Source: Anthoceros angustus (lineage: Eukaryota > Plantae > Anthocerotophyta). From it: a stretch of 64,000 nt of DNA. A program made the translations under genes and the position numbers. The number at the start of each line of letters is the position of its first letter. The stretch's first letter is position 1. Positions 49,790-62,600 of the stretch are shown piece after piece. Under the pieces are notes generated by a model, which saw nothing but the letters and a program-made list of their open reading frames with translations, was not told where the DNA came from and did no database searches. The stretch spans positions 1,798,001 through 1,862,000 of the forward strand of contig MU008161.1 in NCBI GenBank assembly GCA_010909165.1. Reading direction: 5' to 3'.

Positions 49790-51497
49790 ACTACTCGAGT
49801 CCAATTCCTCCATCATGTGAAAAGGGTGATGGCATGAGGACGGGCCACCACTGTCCTTTCACTAAGGGAGCATTTGTAATTGGATGTAAGCCAAATAGAG
49901 CAATATGTTCGTACAGGTTAGCTGGATGGCTTCTGTCTATTTCCAAAAGGGATATATGTGTGGATTGCATATGTATCGGACCACAAAATGGACAAGCATA
50001 CAAAAATACAGGTTGTCTCGCAACAAAAACCAAGACTCTCACCTAAAGCAGCCTTATGCATCCTCAGCAGCCTCAGCATCCTTTGCTAATTTGCGGGGAA
50101 GAAAATCCCTTACCATCCACCCGTCATTAGCAACATTTTGCTTCATGATGGCTTCCATGATCTTCCCGTCGCATTCATCGGTTAGATATCCTGCCTCCTT
50201 CAACATGTCCCACACCACAATAGCCTTCTCCTTCTCCCCATTTGCACCAATTTGTGGACCCAAATCTGGCTGTTCGGTTTTGGACTCCCTCCAAAACACT
50301 CTCAGCTTCGAAAGCCAAGACCCATGATTATTTCCTACAGCCTTTATCTCATATGGGCTTGGTTCCCTAGTGTACTTTGTTCTAAACCTATCTAGAAAAC
50401 CCTTCTGACCTCCATACCTAAAGCAAGAATATTATGTATTGCTTCCTACCTCCTTCATCTTGCTCATGGCTGCCAGTTTTTGCTAGCTAGGGGCCACAAC
50501 TCCGCTTATCTTGTATTGCTCCTCCTTCAAAAACACATCCCAATACTCTTGCGTCACAACTTTCGGGACATACTGGGGGTTAGACTTTTTCCCCTGCAAA
50601 AAATAATGATCCTCCTTTCTGACATTGTTCCTCCAATGCTTCAAATTAGTACTCAAAAACTGCAAGACAATAGGCTGAAATTCCCATGGCCTAGTCATAG
50701 TTTGCCTAATACATGTCTCAACATGAAGCTGCCTTTTTGCAAATGGACTATTCTTGGGGCTCTACTATTGAGATGCGGAGCTAGTGGAGATGACAGAAAG
50801 TGCACTTTGTGGAATGTAAGGATGAGCTAGAGACTAAAATATAGGATGATGGCATGATCCGGTCTGGATAGTAGATTCGGGCCATATTTTATGAACATAC
50901 TCCCAAACACCCTAAACCCCTCTCCTCTTAGAACTCTCCCCGTATCTCTTTACTACAAGCCCATGTCTTTTACAACTGCTTTTTTAACCAGCGTTCACTT
51001 TACTACGCTAGTTTTACTACAGACATTTTACCACTACCTTTTCTTTCCAACGGCTTTACTACAAGGGTTTTCCTGTAGAGCTTTTATTACGGGAGTTTTA
51101 CTACAAGCGTTTTACTGTAGACTTTTTAAAGGAGACCACAGTTAACAAACGATAGGTTTATTAATACCAGTTAACAAACCATGGTTTATTAATCGGTGAT
51201 TTAGAGTTGATATTTGTTAATTAACTACGGTTAAAATCGTTTTCACACCTATAATAAAAAAGTGGTTAATTTATGTAGTAAAGTAAACTGTAGGTACGTA
51301 CTAACCGTATATATAAATAGAATACTCCATATGAATACCATATTAAATTATAGAATATAGCCCGATATACGGTATGAGGATATTACCATGGAAATTAACG
51401 CTTTATCTTTACTCCGGGCGTTTTACTACTGAAGTAGTAATCCCATAGTAAAGTTTGTTGTAAAGTCCGTGGTAAAGGGCATGTTTTCCTAGTAGTG
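49790..51497 (-). mobile_element. CACTA (En/Spm) transposon end with a Ptta/Transposase_24-like fragment
   Basis: TIR CACTACTAGGAAAA on the minus strand at 51497-51484. Dense subterminal tttactac repeats at about 50950-51480. Broken minus-strand ORF (KHWRNN...PQYVPKVVTQEYWDVFLK...RFRTKYTREPSPYEI) resembles Ptta-type TnpA proteins. The partner TIR was not found. Confidence 0.72.
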
Positions 51498-51699
51498 TGC
51501 ATGGCATGTTAGTGAAAACTCAGAATCAAGTATTGATTGCCTATCGGCTCCTTACACCAGTCAAGGTTCTTCATGGTTTGGGTAGGATATGGCAACTCCA
51601 AGAAGAAATTCCACCAGGGACTCCCAACAATGGGACTTCCAATTTGATTGGCACAAAAAAGTCCCTCTCGCCGAGGTTTCAACACCCATTGATGGGTGG

Positions 51700-52110
51700 T
51701 AGTGAAATGAGGACGAGAGAGTCTCCATTCTCACAGGTCCTTACTCAATACCGTTCGAGGAGAGGTATACCGCAGCCTCATTTATACCATTCCCTAGAAA
51801 CAAGGTCATGGTAATAGAGTAGTCCTTAGGCTTCATCTCTCGAGACATATGCCGCAGGTGGTCTTGACGATGCTTCAGAAGAATCTTGGCATCTTTCCGA
51901 AAGCGCAAGGTGTGGCTTGGCAATTCCTTCAAGCCGCCCTCCCTAATGCTGATTACTGGGATAGTTTGTTCCTTACAACTGGAACCTTGAACTATACCCT
52001 CTGCATAACAGGAGGAGCACACAAGAGTCAACACATTTTTTTCCACTGTCACATACCTAAGATGGTATGGGAGGTAATACTTATGGATCACTCTCCCAAA
52101 CCATCTTCAT
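51700..52110 (+). mobile_element. LINE (L1-type) 3' remnant with zf-RVT motif
   Basis: GIFPKAQGVAWQFLQAALPNADYW...TLCITGGAHKSQHIFFHCHIPKMVWEVIL resembles the zinc-binding region after LINE reverse transcriptase. Confidence 0.65.
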
Positions 52111-52299
52111 CGGTATATATGAGGGACTCCCTTGGGATATGAACCCTGAACAACAAGAGGAGTTGCAGCAAGGTTAGTACTATGGCACCAACAAAGTTAG
52201 GGTTTAATGAGGCCTAATTCAGTCTTCAAACAAGCTTGGTGAACAGGGCATGGTGAACAGGCTAGGCTTGTTTCATGCCCCATTATCATGGCTGTTTCT

Positions 52300-53480
52300 G
52301 GCCTGAAATAGAGTTGAAATTTCAGGCTACATCCACGGCCACCATCCCGCTCTTACACTAAACTTAATTACATGAACTGCAGATTAGCGTGCTTACCAAA
52401 AGGGTTCAGATGTTCGGGAAGCACTTCGTGACAGGTATCATGAACCCTCTTCCGCTTTGGGCCCCTCTTGCCCTTCACCTCCACATCGCGGCGTTCAAGT
52501 GGAAGGGCGTTCGCATCGTCCTTCACATTGCGGCATTCAAGTGGAAGGGTGTCCCCATCTTCCTCCACATTGTGGCATCAGATGGAAGGGTGTCCGCATC
52601 TTCGTCCACATCTTCATCATGAGGAAGATGCTGAAACTCTGCACCCCCAAGTAAGCCACCTGCATCCGTGGCAATACAATCTTCAATGTCAGGGCGGATA
52701 CAAAATACATGGCACACGAAATACGCCTACACAGTTGGTTTTTTCTGATTGTCTGGTACACGGTTATATGCGCCTTGTTCTTCCTTCTCAAATTTCGGGT
52801 GAGCATCAGTCTCTGACCCTCATCATGATCCACCAGGGCATCATGGTTATCGGCGAGGGTAACCACCATATTCACATTGTCCGAAACCAGTTGTGTTGCT
52901 TGTGATTCTGACGCGCCAGACCCTTCTGCACGTGATGTCAGACATCGTCCATAATGCCCCGGGGCATAGATCCGGCTTGACTGCCTCACTTTGCGGTTTT
53001 TTGTCGATGCCTGAATCAGACTCGGCGTCTTTACCCTCGGAACACGGACGCTCCTCGTCCATGGCATCTGCATTAGAAACCTTGTCCGCATACCATGACT
53101 CCTGCCCCATATCACGATCAAACCCCGAGCAAGCGGCGGCGGCCTTCCCGATGAGGTTTTGTAAAACAATTGATTCATCTTGGACCACCCCATTGGGTAG
53201 CCCATCCGGAGAAGAAGAATTCTTTCTCTCTTTGGTCCACTTGAGCTTGGACAGGATCTCCTAATATTTCCCTTTGAATGACTTTGAAAAACGTATGTCA
53301 GGCTTGTTGTCGCACCTAAATTATTTGTAGATGAGTGAAGGGTTGGACACTCTTTAGACCATCCCCTCACCGTTTTCAAACGAATTTCATAGACGTTTGA
53401 GAGAATATCTAACGGCTTGCCGAATTTCATAGACGTTTGAGAGAATATCTAACGGCTTGCGGAGTTTGTAAGAACATCTA
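52300..53480 (-). mobile_element. Degenerate transposon-like coding remnant, family unassigned
   Basis: Interrupted minus-strand ORF pieces with internal 36-bp and 40-bp tandem duplications, lying between other TE fragments. No diagnostic motif recognised. Confidence 0.3.
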
Positions 53481-54154
53481 AGGGCTTGCAATGCTATGAT
53501 CGATAGAGAGTATTGAAAAATACGATTCTTTTCACTATCACAACATTGCATTGTATTGAAGATGCTTGAAGTACAGAGGTATTCGATTGTCCTCCTATTA
53601 TTGTATTGATCTTTTTTTGATCTTTTTGGTGAACCAAAACCATAGGTTTTCATACTCATTATATTCAACAGTAATAATTAAAATATATCAACTTTTATAA
53701 TATTTATTTACTGGTATTCATTAGAAAATAATAGTTGATTATAAATTAAAACCTACTAAATAATCTACTTGTACATGATAATGTGCATATAATTCTTTTG
53801 ATAACTATAGCTGATATTTATATAATTATATATCTATAAAAAATAAACAACCTATAATTTTAAAAATTAAATATATATCAATAAGAGATCCCAGTAATAC
53901 ACCCTCAAATTCTCTCAACCTGTCCTAGAAAGCTGTAATATAATTGGATCATTTATGCCAAACGGATAAAGCTTTGCCTCCTACGTGGTGTTAAAATTAA
54001 ACGCGTTCGCTTGGGAGTACATAGACTATGTCGGTGACGTCCAGAAATGGTGGTGCCAGAAATGCCACATCCACGTGGCACGATCCACGTGGAATGACGT
54101 AGGGAAGGAACAAGCTGAGCCTGAAACAAACGAATCTTGGGAAGTGTCGATTGT

Positions 54155-55132
54155 TTAGAAAGCGGGAAACACCACCGAGGAAGAGCAGGTTACTCTAGGA
54201 AGGACAGGGCAGGGGATAATCGTGGACCCGTCCGTGTCCACGCACACGTAGATCTGGTAGAGCTGGGAGCTGCCATCCACGTCCTTATTGCATTCAATGC
54301 CGACTTCCTGGCCTACGCCATTCCGCAAAGCGGTTTTGATGCTGTTCAGACTGTAAGTTGAACTGTCGGGATAAATGCCTATAGATACCAAGCTCCGGGT
54401 TAGGACTCGGAGGCACGTGCGCATGTCAGAGAGCATGAAGAGCAAGAAGCAGGCAGTACCAGCAGATGTGAGAGCTCCAAGCAGATTGATGTTCTGGCGG
54501 AGAGACAGAGTGGCCTCGAAGTAGCCTCGCTGGTCGAGAACGGACTCAGAGCAGGTGCCATGCTTATCCCACTCGTGTGTCCAGAACGCCACGCCATTTG
54601 CGCTTGGACATGCTAGTGTGGGCCAATCTGCCTGCAGCTCCGGTTCCAGGTCTTTCACCTGTACCACACAAGGAAAACGGAGTCAAATGCACAGGTCGGG
54701 TTCTTCACAGATCGCTTCTCTCGGTAGCGGAGACGTTTCACCAGCGGATTATGGCATACCAGGGATTCCTTGAAGGGATTGCTGGAGTCGCAATTGGAGG
54801 GGTAGCTGCCGTCGTTGTAGTTAGGCCAGAGTCCATGAATTCCGAAATCGGAGGCCGGTTTGCCCGTGGTAGGGTAGCAGCATCCGCTCGATGTGTCACA
54901 GTAAGATCCCGGCCACTGCGTAGAGACAAGAAACAAACCAGGCCAGAGCTTAGACCTGTAGGATGTGTCTATTACTGTCTGCATAATTCTGCTTCGTTGA
55001 TCACGGAGTATTCCGAACACACACCTGTTGCACGAAGTAAAAGAAGTCGAAGCTTTGAGCATCTAGAGTTTGAGCAAACAGAAGCAGCAGCAGCATTGCA
55101 GATGCAGCGACAGCAACACTGCTCTTCTCCAT
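54155..55132 (-). CDS. RNS1: Secreted ribonuclease T2, class I (RNS1-like)
   Basis: Exons 55132-55025, 54915-54760, 54658-54460, 54378-54155. Signal peptide MEKSSVAVAASAMLLLLLFAQTLDA, FDFFYFVQQWPGSYC, CAS I FGIHGLWP, CAS II FWTHEWDKHGTC, ending in VVFPAF*. TATAAAT on the minus strand at about 55203-55209. Confidence 0.96.
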
Positions 55133-55883
55133 TGTCTGAACGCTTCAGGCTCTAAACTCCTCCACAACACAGAGACCTGAAGGCCTGAAATTATCGGAAG
55201 TCATTTATACCGGGCAAGGGACCCTTCTTTCGGCTATAGGCCAGGAATATTGCCACAGAGCATACAGCATCCGCATTGGAATATCTTATGCGGCGGAGGC
55301 CACGTATGTACGTCCGACCATTCATTCCTTGTGGTTACAGTTCAGGTGACTTTGTCGGCGCGATGGACAATTCCAAGCTTTCACACTGGTTCCAGCAATC
55401 ATGCGTGTCGGCGAGAAGGACTTTTCTAAGCTTCACACTGGTTCCGTTCACAGCACTGATGGATTGCCGACTCGCCGACTCCGCTTCAGCCATGGCACCG
55501 GGACCGACAAGACGACCTCAGATGACTTTTCAGTGTGAACGGGGACTCTCTGGCTTTTTGGAGGAACAAAGGCATAATCACCAGGCTGTTGGTATACGTG
55601 CACTGCAGGTTCGCAGCGAACCAGTTGGCCCTATATTTCTGTATAAACTGTATTTCCTGCAAAAAATGATGTCAACTGTATTTCCTGCACGAAATGATGT
55701 CAGCTCGCCTGATGCCTTCTACCCGTTGGTGGGGGACAGAAATTTCCCAATGAATTTGAGCTGCCCAATTTACAGCCCACACAAACAATAGGCTAACAGT
55801 AACGTACGCTATCCTACCAAGCACCTGCAGCCTTTGCTTTTTCTATTTTGACATGTAATGTACAAGGGAAGGGCCACCAAACA

Positions 55884-57661
55884 TCACGACTTATATGCCC
55901 ATCCGTGCTCATCGAGGTAGGCCTGCACAGCTTCTTTTATGGCCAGGTTTGGCACTATCTGGTCCTGATGTAACACTTCCCGTGTCAACGGGTCGAATCT
56001 GCCTAGCTGCAATTGGACCAGACCAATGATATTAGCAGTGTCACACAGAGTGACCACCTACAGAAACCACAATGGGAGACAAAAAATGTGCTCTTTGGTT
56101 TGCCGACAAAAAATATCGCAAAGAACAGCAAACCCACCTTTGACAGATGCTCCAACAAGGTTGCCCGCTCGTAGGTTACACCACTAGGAGTGATCACGGG
56201 GTCCCGGAAGGGTTCCATGGTAATTTGACAGCAAAGGTAGTCTGGCACTTCTCCTGGTTTATCTAAAGCCGCAGCTCTTTCAAAAACATCAGAAAGAGTG
56301 TTTAGGTGGCTTTCATACTCCTTCTCCCGAACTGACTTCCCCTCTTTGTTAACGTCCAGCCAATCCATTGCGGTTTTCTCTTTGATTTCAGTGCCACCGC
56401 TGTCTATATGGTCTTCACTGTCCCTAGAAACATGTTGTTCACTGGTGCGCTCAAATTCACGCTTGATGAGAAGCTCGCAAAACTTTCTGCAAAACAAAAC
56501 CCCCGGGGGAATCTTAGCAATCCACAAGCACGGAAGTGCACGAGAACAAGTGCCTTCTTGGGCAAGGAAAGTTTCCATATTGCACCTCCTGTTCTTACAT
56601 ATCATATTCAAAGCACGCAACATACTTTAGTGCCTTCTGATTCTCTGCCCGTTTATTTGCTGCATGGCGCCACCTTAAATATTTAGCATTAGCAAGATCG
56701 TGCCATATGTCCCCAACCATGTACGTAGGTCTGCCACCTCTCGTAAGCTCTAATGCCTGAACACCATGAACTATACCTGGTCAACAATTCAGCACCAAGA
56801 CAGTTTCGTTCATGGCATACAAGAAGTACGCGGGCTAGCATGTGCACTACCAGCAGGGACATGGGCTTACCCTCTCAAATTGCTTGACTGCTTCATCATA
56901 GTCTCTGGACTCGACTAGAGCAAGACCAAGATAGTAGTGTGCCTGTCCATGGTTTGAACACATGGAGGACCATCAAGCAGAGACCAAGATGCGCAGAGTT
57001 ATAACTCATGACACTAGTAGGTCGAAGCTGGTGCAAACTCCGCCATAGGCATACCTTCACAGAGTATTTGTCAAGCTCCAAAGCTCGGCCACAATCAGAT
57101 GCCACACGTTCCCAGTCACTGCAATTGGTCACAGAAATGCTCAGTCATCTCCCATGCTCTTCTGAAACTGACAAACAACCCAGGGACTTACTTCTTCTTT
57201 CTGTGACATATAGCTCGATTTGTCCAATAAACGGGGATGTCAGGGCACAGTGTTATTGCCTGCACAGAGAATATCTAGAATAAAATTCCAACCGAGGGCA
57301 AACCGTACGCTTAGCAAACCGACCGGGCATCCCCCAGTGAAACCCTAAATCAGTTGACAATAACCAGTCAACTGGCCATTCTCCGCACATTGGGAATTCA
57401 TCAAATCCAGCAGCAGAACGAAGCGCTTGGACCATGCCACCTGGCCCGATCACGAACCCGGCAGAAATCTGGTTGCAATCCCAAACCCGCTCAAACATAC
57501 AGAAGGACCACAAAGTATAACAACGAACTAGCGAAGGACAGCATCCCAACCTCGGTGTACGCCTCTATGGCAGCACTGAATTTCTCCTTCTTGAAGCAAG
57601 CATTTCCCCGCTCCTTGCATCGCTCCGCTTGTTCTAAAGTTGTGACAGCTCCTGTTGACAT
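55884..57661 (-). CDS. CHIP: CHIP E3 ubiquitin ligase (TPR + U-box)
   Basis: Exons 57661-57551, 57259-57192, 57118-57055, 56942-56871, 56756-56626, 56486-56138, 56006-55884. TPR (KERGNACFKKEKFSAAIEAYTEAITLCP...WTNRA) and U-box (VPDYLCCQITMEPFRDPVITPSGVTYER...FDPLTR...PNLAIKEAV). Confidence 0.96.
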
Positions 57662-59687
57662 GCCTTCCACCGCGGAGCTGAATGCCACCACCAGCCCGTC
57701 TCACTCAGATCCAAAGGTTGCGCTACTCCCCAATTCACAGCTGCCCGCACCCCACCACAGTTTACCCTTACTCAGATCGACCATTCCGCTTCCTCCAAGT
57801 TGTCTGATCCGACGCCCACTTCACCGACCATAAGGCCCCTAGCTGACGGAGAGCGACTAGTCAATTCTGCGCCAGCCCAACGCCCAACAACATGTTCCGA
57901 AGCAGCTTGGAAGTTTCGCTCTCGACTGGTGCGTCGTGCACCTGTTAGCTTCGCCGCAGTGCCAACCACAATTCTTAGAGTACAGCTCCACTACCTACAC
58001 CATTCTTCCCACACAACAGATAAGAACTAATAATGTTGTTGAATTTTACACCTCGTAATGGAGGAACAAAACCTGGTCTCCCTTATTGGCCTCGACCAAA
58101 GTACAGCTGTACATACGAGCCAATGAGACGGTATGTGAGTCAAATTGACGTTCTCATTGGTCTGCACACATGATAGATTATTAATCATTAATTAATGAGA
58201 ATTAATAATCCTTTGCACTTTCCTATGTGTGTCCAAATGGCTTAGGCCAAATGGACAGGAACGTCGTTATTAAGCAATCCTGAGCTTGGATCGGTACTTA
58301 GAATGGATGCCCTTGGTGCAAGTAGCTTAAGCATGGTACAAGTTGTCAAGTACAAGTCCCATGACGGAAATCCGTCCTTAGTGGACTTAAATAAAATTAT
58401 TCACTTAGATGGGGTGCTTAAAGGGAATGGATGCCCTTGGTGCAATAAGTGACTTTAGGTAGGGAGCTCAGTTGCTCCTCTTCATCTTGACCCCCTGGTC
58501 CACTTTGGTTATCCCCTCCTAGATGGGCTTTTCCCATCGTTTCTTCACCTCAATAAAATCTTCCCCTTGGTGTAAGTAGCTTAAGCACACCATGGTACAA
58601 ATTGTCAAGTACCAAGTCCCATGATGGAAATCCGTCCTGACTTAAATAAAATTCTTCTTCTTCTTCTATGAGTCTATTTTTCTTCTTTTCTTACCTTATC
58701 TTATGTGATATCTAAGATTAATTCATACATAATTAAAAATATTAATACTAAAAAACAACCTCCAAGGGCGAAGGGTGAATGGCGAAGGGCGAAGGCACAG
58801 ACGATGATGAAATGCCACGACTTGTCCTGGTAGAATGAGCGCAGGAATGATGGAAAAGACGTGTAAATCATGAACTTGAATGGCATGGGGAACGACCGAA
58901 AACGGCCACGACCGGCCACTGTATGTCATCGCTATTGTGGTTGCTGCTTAGGTGGCGGTCATTATTTGCGGGATGACCGCGATCAAAATATGGGCATGCG
59001 AATGTGAGTCCCAGCCGGGCCGTAATTTTCGGACCGAGTACCATGCGAACCCACCCTTAGTGGGGATAGAAGAAGAGGAGGAATTGGAAGAAAGAAGACT
59101 TGTATAGAAGGCTTTGGATAAACTTGAGGCGGGTGGTGCCATGAAGGTGGAACGGCGTCCGTAAGGAGGTAGCAGTGGTAAGTGGAGGTCCCACACACGC
59201 ACTGTCGAAGGCTTGCAATTTTGGGCCCAGCAAAGAAACAAGGAACTGGGAGCTGCTTCACTCAAGCTAGAGCAGAGGAGAACACACAAAGCAGGCCGTG
59301 CAGAGACCAGCGAAGCTAAGAAGAACGTTGCCTGCCCAGGGGATATGATGTGATGCACATGTGCTTTAAGCGAGTGCCAAATAGATCTGGCCGTCACCGC
59401 GAGCACGCTTTGTTTTCGGATCCCGCTACACAGAGCACGTGGCAAGCGTGAATTGTACGCGGCTTGATTGTACAGACTACTGAGGAAGCATGTGGACTGC
59501 GATCGGGTGCTGGCTCTGGAGTGGGTTCCAGTGTGGTTGAGGGAGTCTGAGATCAGGGGGGGACGTCATGGGTTTCTTGGCTGGGCTTGTACTCAGCGCG
59601 AACCGGTGGAGCTTCTGTGAGCGGGATCCTCGGGCAGTATAAATAGGTCTCTTCTGTGGGCTGTGGTGGAAGGAGGCGGACGAGGAG

Positions 59688-62600
59688 ATGGCTGAGGCCG
59701 CAGCCCTCCTTCCTCCGTCAGTCCTGCGCAATCTGTCGGACAAGTTGTATGAAAAACGAAAGAACGCAGCTCTGGAGGTACATGCCGGATGACATGGGTG
59801 TACGGGAATTGTTGCGGCATGGTCTTATTCTGTCCTGCGCATGACTGGAGTGGCCGGAGTGTGGTCCATGAGCTGCCTGGCTTTTGAATTCTTGCCTTCC
59901 TGACGGCGAGCGTACGAGGTGGCCCATGGCACGTATCCCCTTCCATAGCATGTTGTTGCTGCGTTCAGTTGCCGGACATCAGCTGTGGCTGTGTATGCCA
60001 ACAGCCAGTTTCAACCAGGATGGAACCTACAGTCTCGATTGCTGTCATGCCAACCGTGGAACTTACTGGCATTTCCGGTCTGGCTTGATTTCTTGCTCTT
60101 AGCTGTGTTTTGCTGTCGTGGCTTTGTGCGTTGAACGACGTGGAACGACGTGATGTTGTGAGGACTTCAATATTCTTTGATGCTAATCCTTCGTTGCGGA
60201 TTGCAGGTTGAGGGAATCGTGAAAGCCTTCACCGCAGTAGGAGATCATGAAAAAGTTACTGGTGTGATTAGCATACTAAAGAAGGAATTTACAGACTCCT
60301 CGCAATCGAATCACAGAAAAGTATGTTCTGCCCCTTGACGAGAGGGATGAGATTCTGTGATTCATGCTTGATAGCCGTAGCCAACAATTCTTTTTAGGAT
60401 CTAAGGTGGCTTTTGGCTTCTTCTCCCGGAGCTACTGTTTATCTCCAATTGTGCTTTAAAAGTGTAGTTTCTTTTCCCAGGGTGGACTCATTGGACTTGC
60501 TGCTGCTACTGTTGGACTGGCATCAGAAGCTTCACAACACCTCAAGGTGAGGACTCCTATCCCTGTAACGTACTCTAGACCTGCGGTCAGCAGGCTTGCT
60601 CACAATCCCTACGTTACTTTTTTTGTTTTGTTTTCGATTTTGAGGGTCATAATACACTTTTTCCTGTCTGCAGCAAATTGTCCCTCTGGTCCTCAACGCT
60701 TTCACAGACCAAGATAGCCGTGTCCGATATTATGCTTGTGAGGCCCTTTACAACATAGCCAAGGTATGCTGGTTGTGGTTGAACTTCTCTGTTGCCGTCC
60801 GTTGGCCACAAATCATTTTTTGATGTCTCCTGTCATGCCTGCTGCCTCAGGTTACGCGAGGAGAAATCATTGAATTCTTCAACGACATCTTTGATGCATT
60901 GTCAAGGCTCTTTGCAGATTCTGATCCAAGTGTGCAGAATGCAGCACACTTGTTGGACCGTCTAGTAAAGGTACGCTGATCATTGACTGTTGAAGCAGTT
61001 TTGCTGCAATGAAATCCATGAAAAGAATAGTATCTTTCAGATGGTAGATCTGAAGCGTTTTCCTCTTGTGGGGATGTACAGGACATTGTCACCGAGAGTG
61101 ACCAGTTCAGGTCTGTCTAATTGCTTGTCAAAAATGTGGAATGAAGGTTTTGTACAGTGCGGTTAGGTTTTTGGTGTGCATTAAGCTGCATGTCAGGGTT
61201 TTGTTCCTTATTTTGCACCACTGCTGACTGAGCCAGGTCGTTAATAGGTCATCACTGAAATTTACGTCACAAGTCTGTTATGTAAAGGGCTTGCATAAGC
61301 TTTGGAAATTCCGTTTGCAGTATTGAGCATTTCATCCCCCTACTGAGGGAGCGCATGAATGTTCTGAGCCCGTATGTGCGGCAATTTCTAGTGGGATGGA
61401 TCACTGTTCTGGACAGTGTACCGGACATTGACATGCTCGGGTTCCTTCCTGACTTTCTTGATGGTATTCACACTCATTCAAAAATGTTTGCCTCATTTGC
61501 GAATGATCTAGGCATCCCTGGCGGGAACTGAGGCTCTTTTAAGTTGTTTGTTGCTTCTGTTAGTTTCTGTTCCTTGTGGTGACAAACTTCTTGCAATGCT
61601 GTAGGACTTTTCAACATGCTCAGTGATCCTGCCCATGAGATTCGACAGCAGGCAGATTCAGCGCTTTCAGAATTTCTGCAAGAAATAAGAAATGCCCCGG
61701 TAGCGTCATGCATATCCCACTTATATCATGTTCGGCTTGAGCTTAGATTTCTTTATTGATACTTACACCCTTATAGTCTGTAGACTATGGCCGCATGGCA
61801 GAAATCCTTGTGCAAAGGTCTGGCTCTCAAGACGAGTTCACAAGGCTTACTGCTATAACCTGGGTAAGTCTTTGTGGAAGGGACTATAATTAAGGTCTTC
61901 ATAGAATATACTGATATTAGGGGTCTCTTTATGCGGTGTTCTTTTCACATTACTTTGGATGTCAATTGAATCTAGATAAAACAGAAATAAATCTGGGAGG
62001 TTGCTCACACACTCTGTATCCAGGTGCACGAATTTGTTAAATTAGGAGGTGAGCAGCTTGTTCGATACTACTCAGATATTCTAGGAGCCATCCTACCCTG
62101 TATTTCAGACAAGGAGGAAAAGATACGAGCGGTAAGCTATTATAGCAAGCAAGATCATTGGAAAGCAGGGAATTATTCGTGTATACGGCAAAATCAATTC
62201 ATGCATATTGCCACTACACGTCATGTCGACCAATACGCCCCAGTTCTAAGGCTTTCAGGGGATTGCAGGTTGCAAAAGAAACAAATGATGAACTTCGGGC
62301 AATTAATGCTAATCCAGGGGATGGCTTTGACATGGCCTCCGTGCTGGCTGTTGCAAGGAGGTAACATGGTTCGTTTTGAAAGGCCAGTCCTTCAGTTTGT
62401 TTTCTCTGTTTATGGCGTTTGTCATACCCATGTTCCCAGTCCAGATTCGTAGTCGCATATTATCAAAACATGTAGGTAAGTTTTGAGTCCCACAGAGACC
62501 TTGGAAATTTACGTTTAACATGTACAGGGAGCTTGAAAGTGACTGGGAGTCAACAAGGCTTGAAGCACTGCGGTGGATTCATGTCCTGCTACAGAGAGAC

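Noticed and set aside
49789-49800. CACTACT as the partner TIR of the CACTA end at 51497
   Set aside because: It matches only 7 bases, the 3-bp flanks differ (ATA vs TGC), there are no subterminal repeats, and it coincides with an ORF stop codon.
55140-55300. P1BS phosphate-starvation elements upstream of RNase T2
   Set aside because: gaatattg and gaatatct are near-matches only. Neither fits GNATATNC on either strand.
4547-57661. A defence gene cluster (two PR-4, ankyrin-TM, P450, RNase T2, CHIP)
   Set aside because: The genes are spread over more than 50 kb among housekeeping and developmental genes, the P450 is a fragment, and no shared regulatory motif was seen. Nothing in the sequence supports a co-regulated system.
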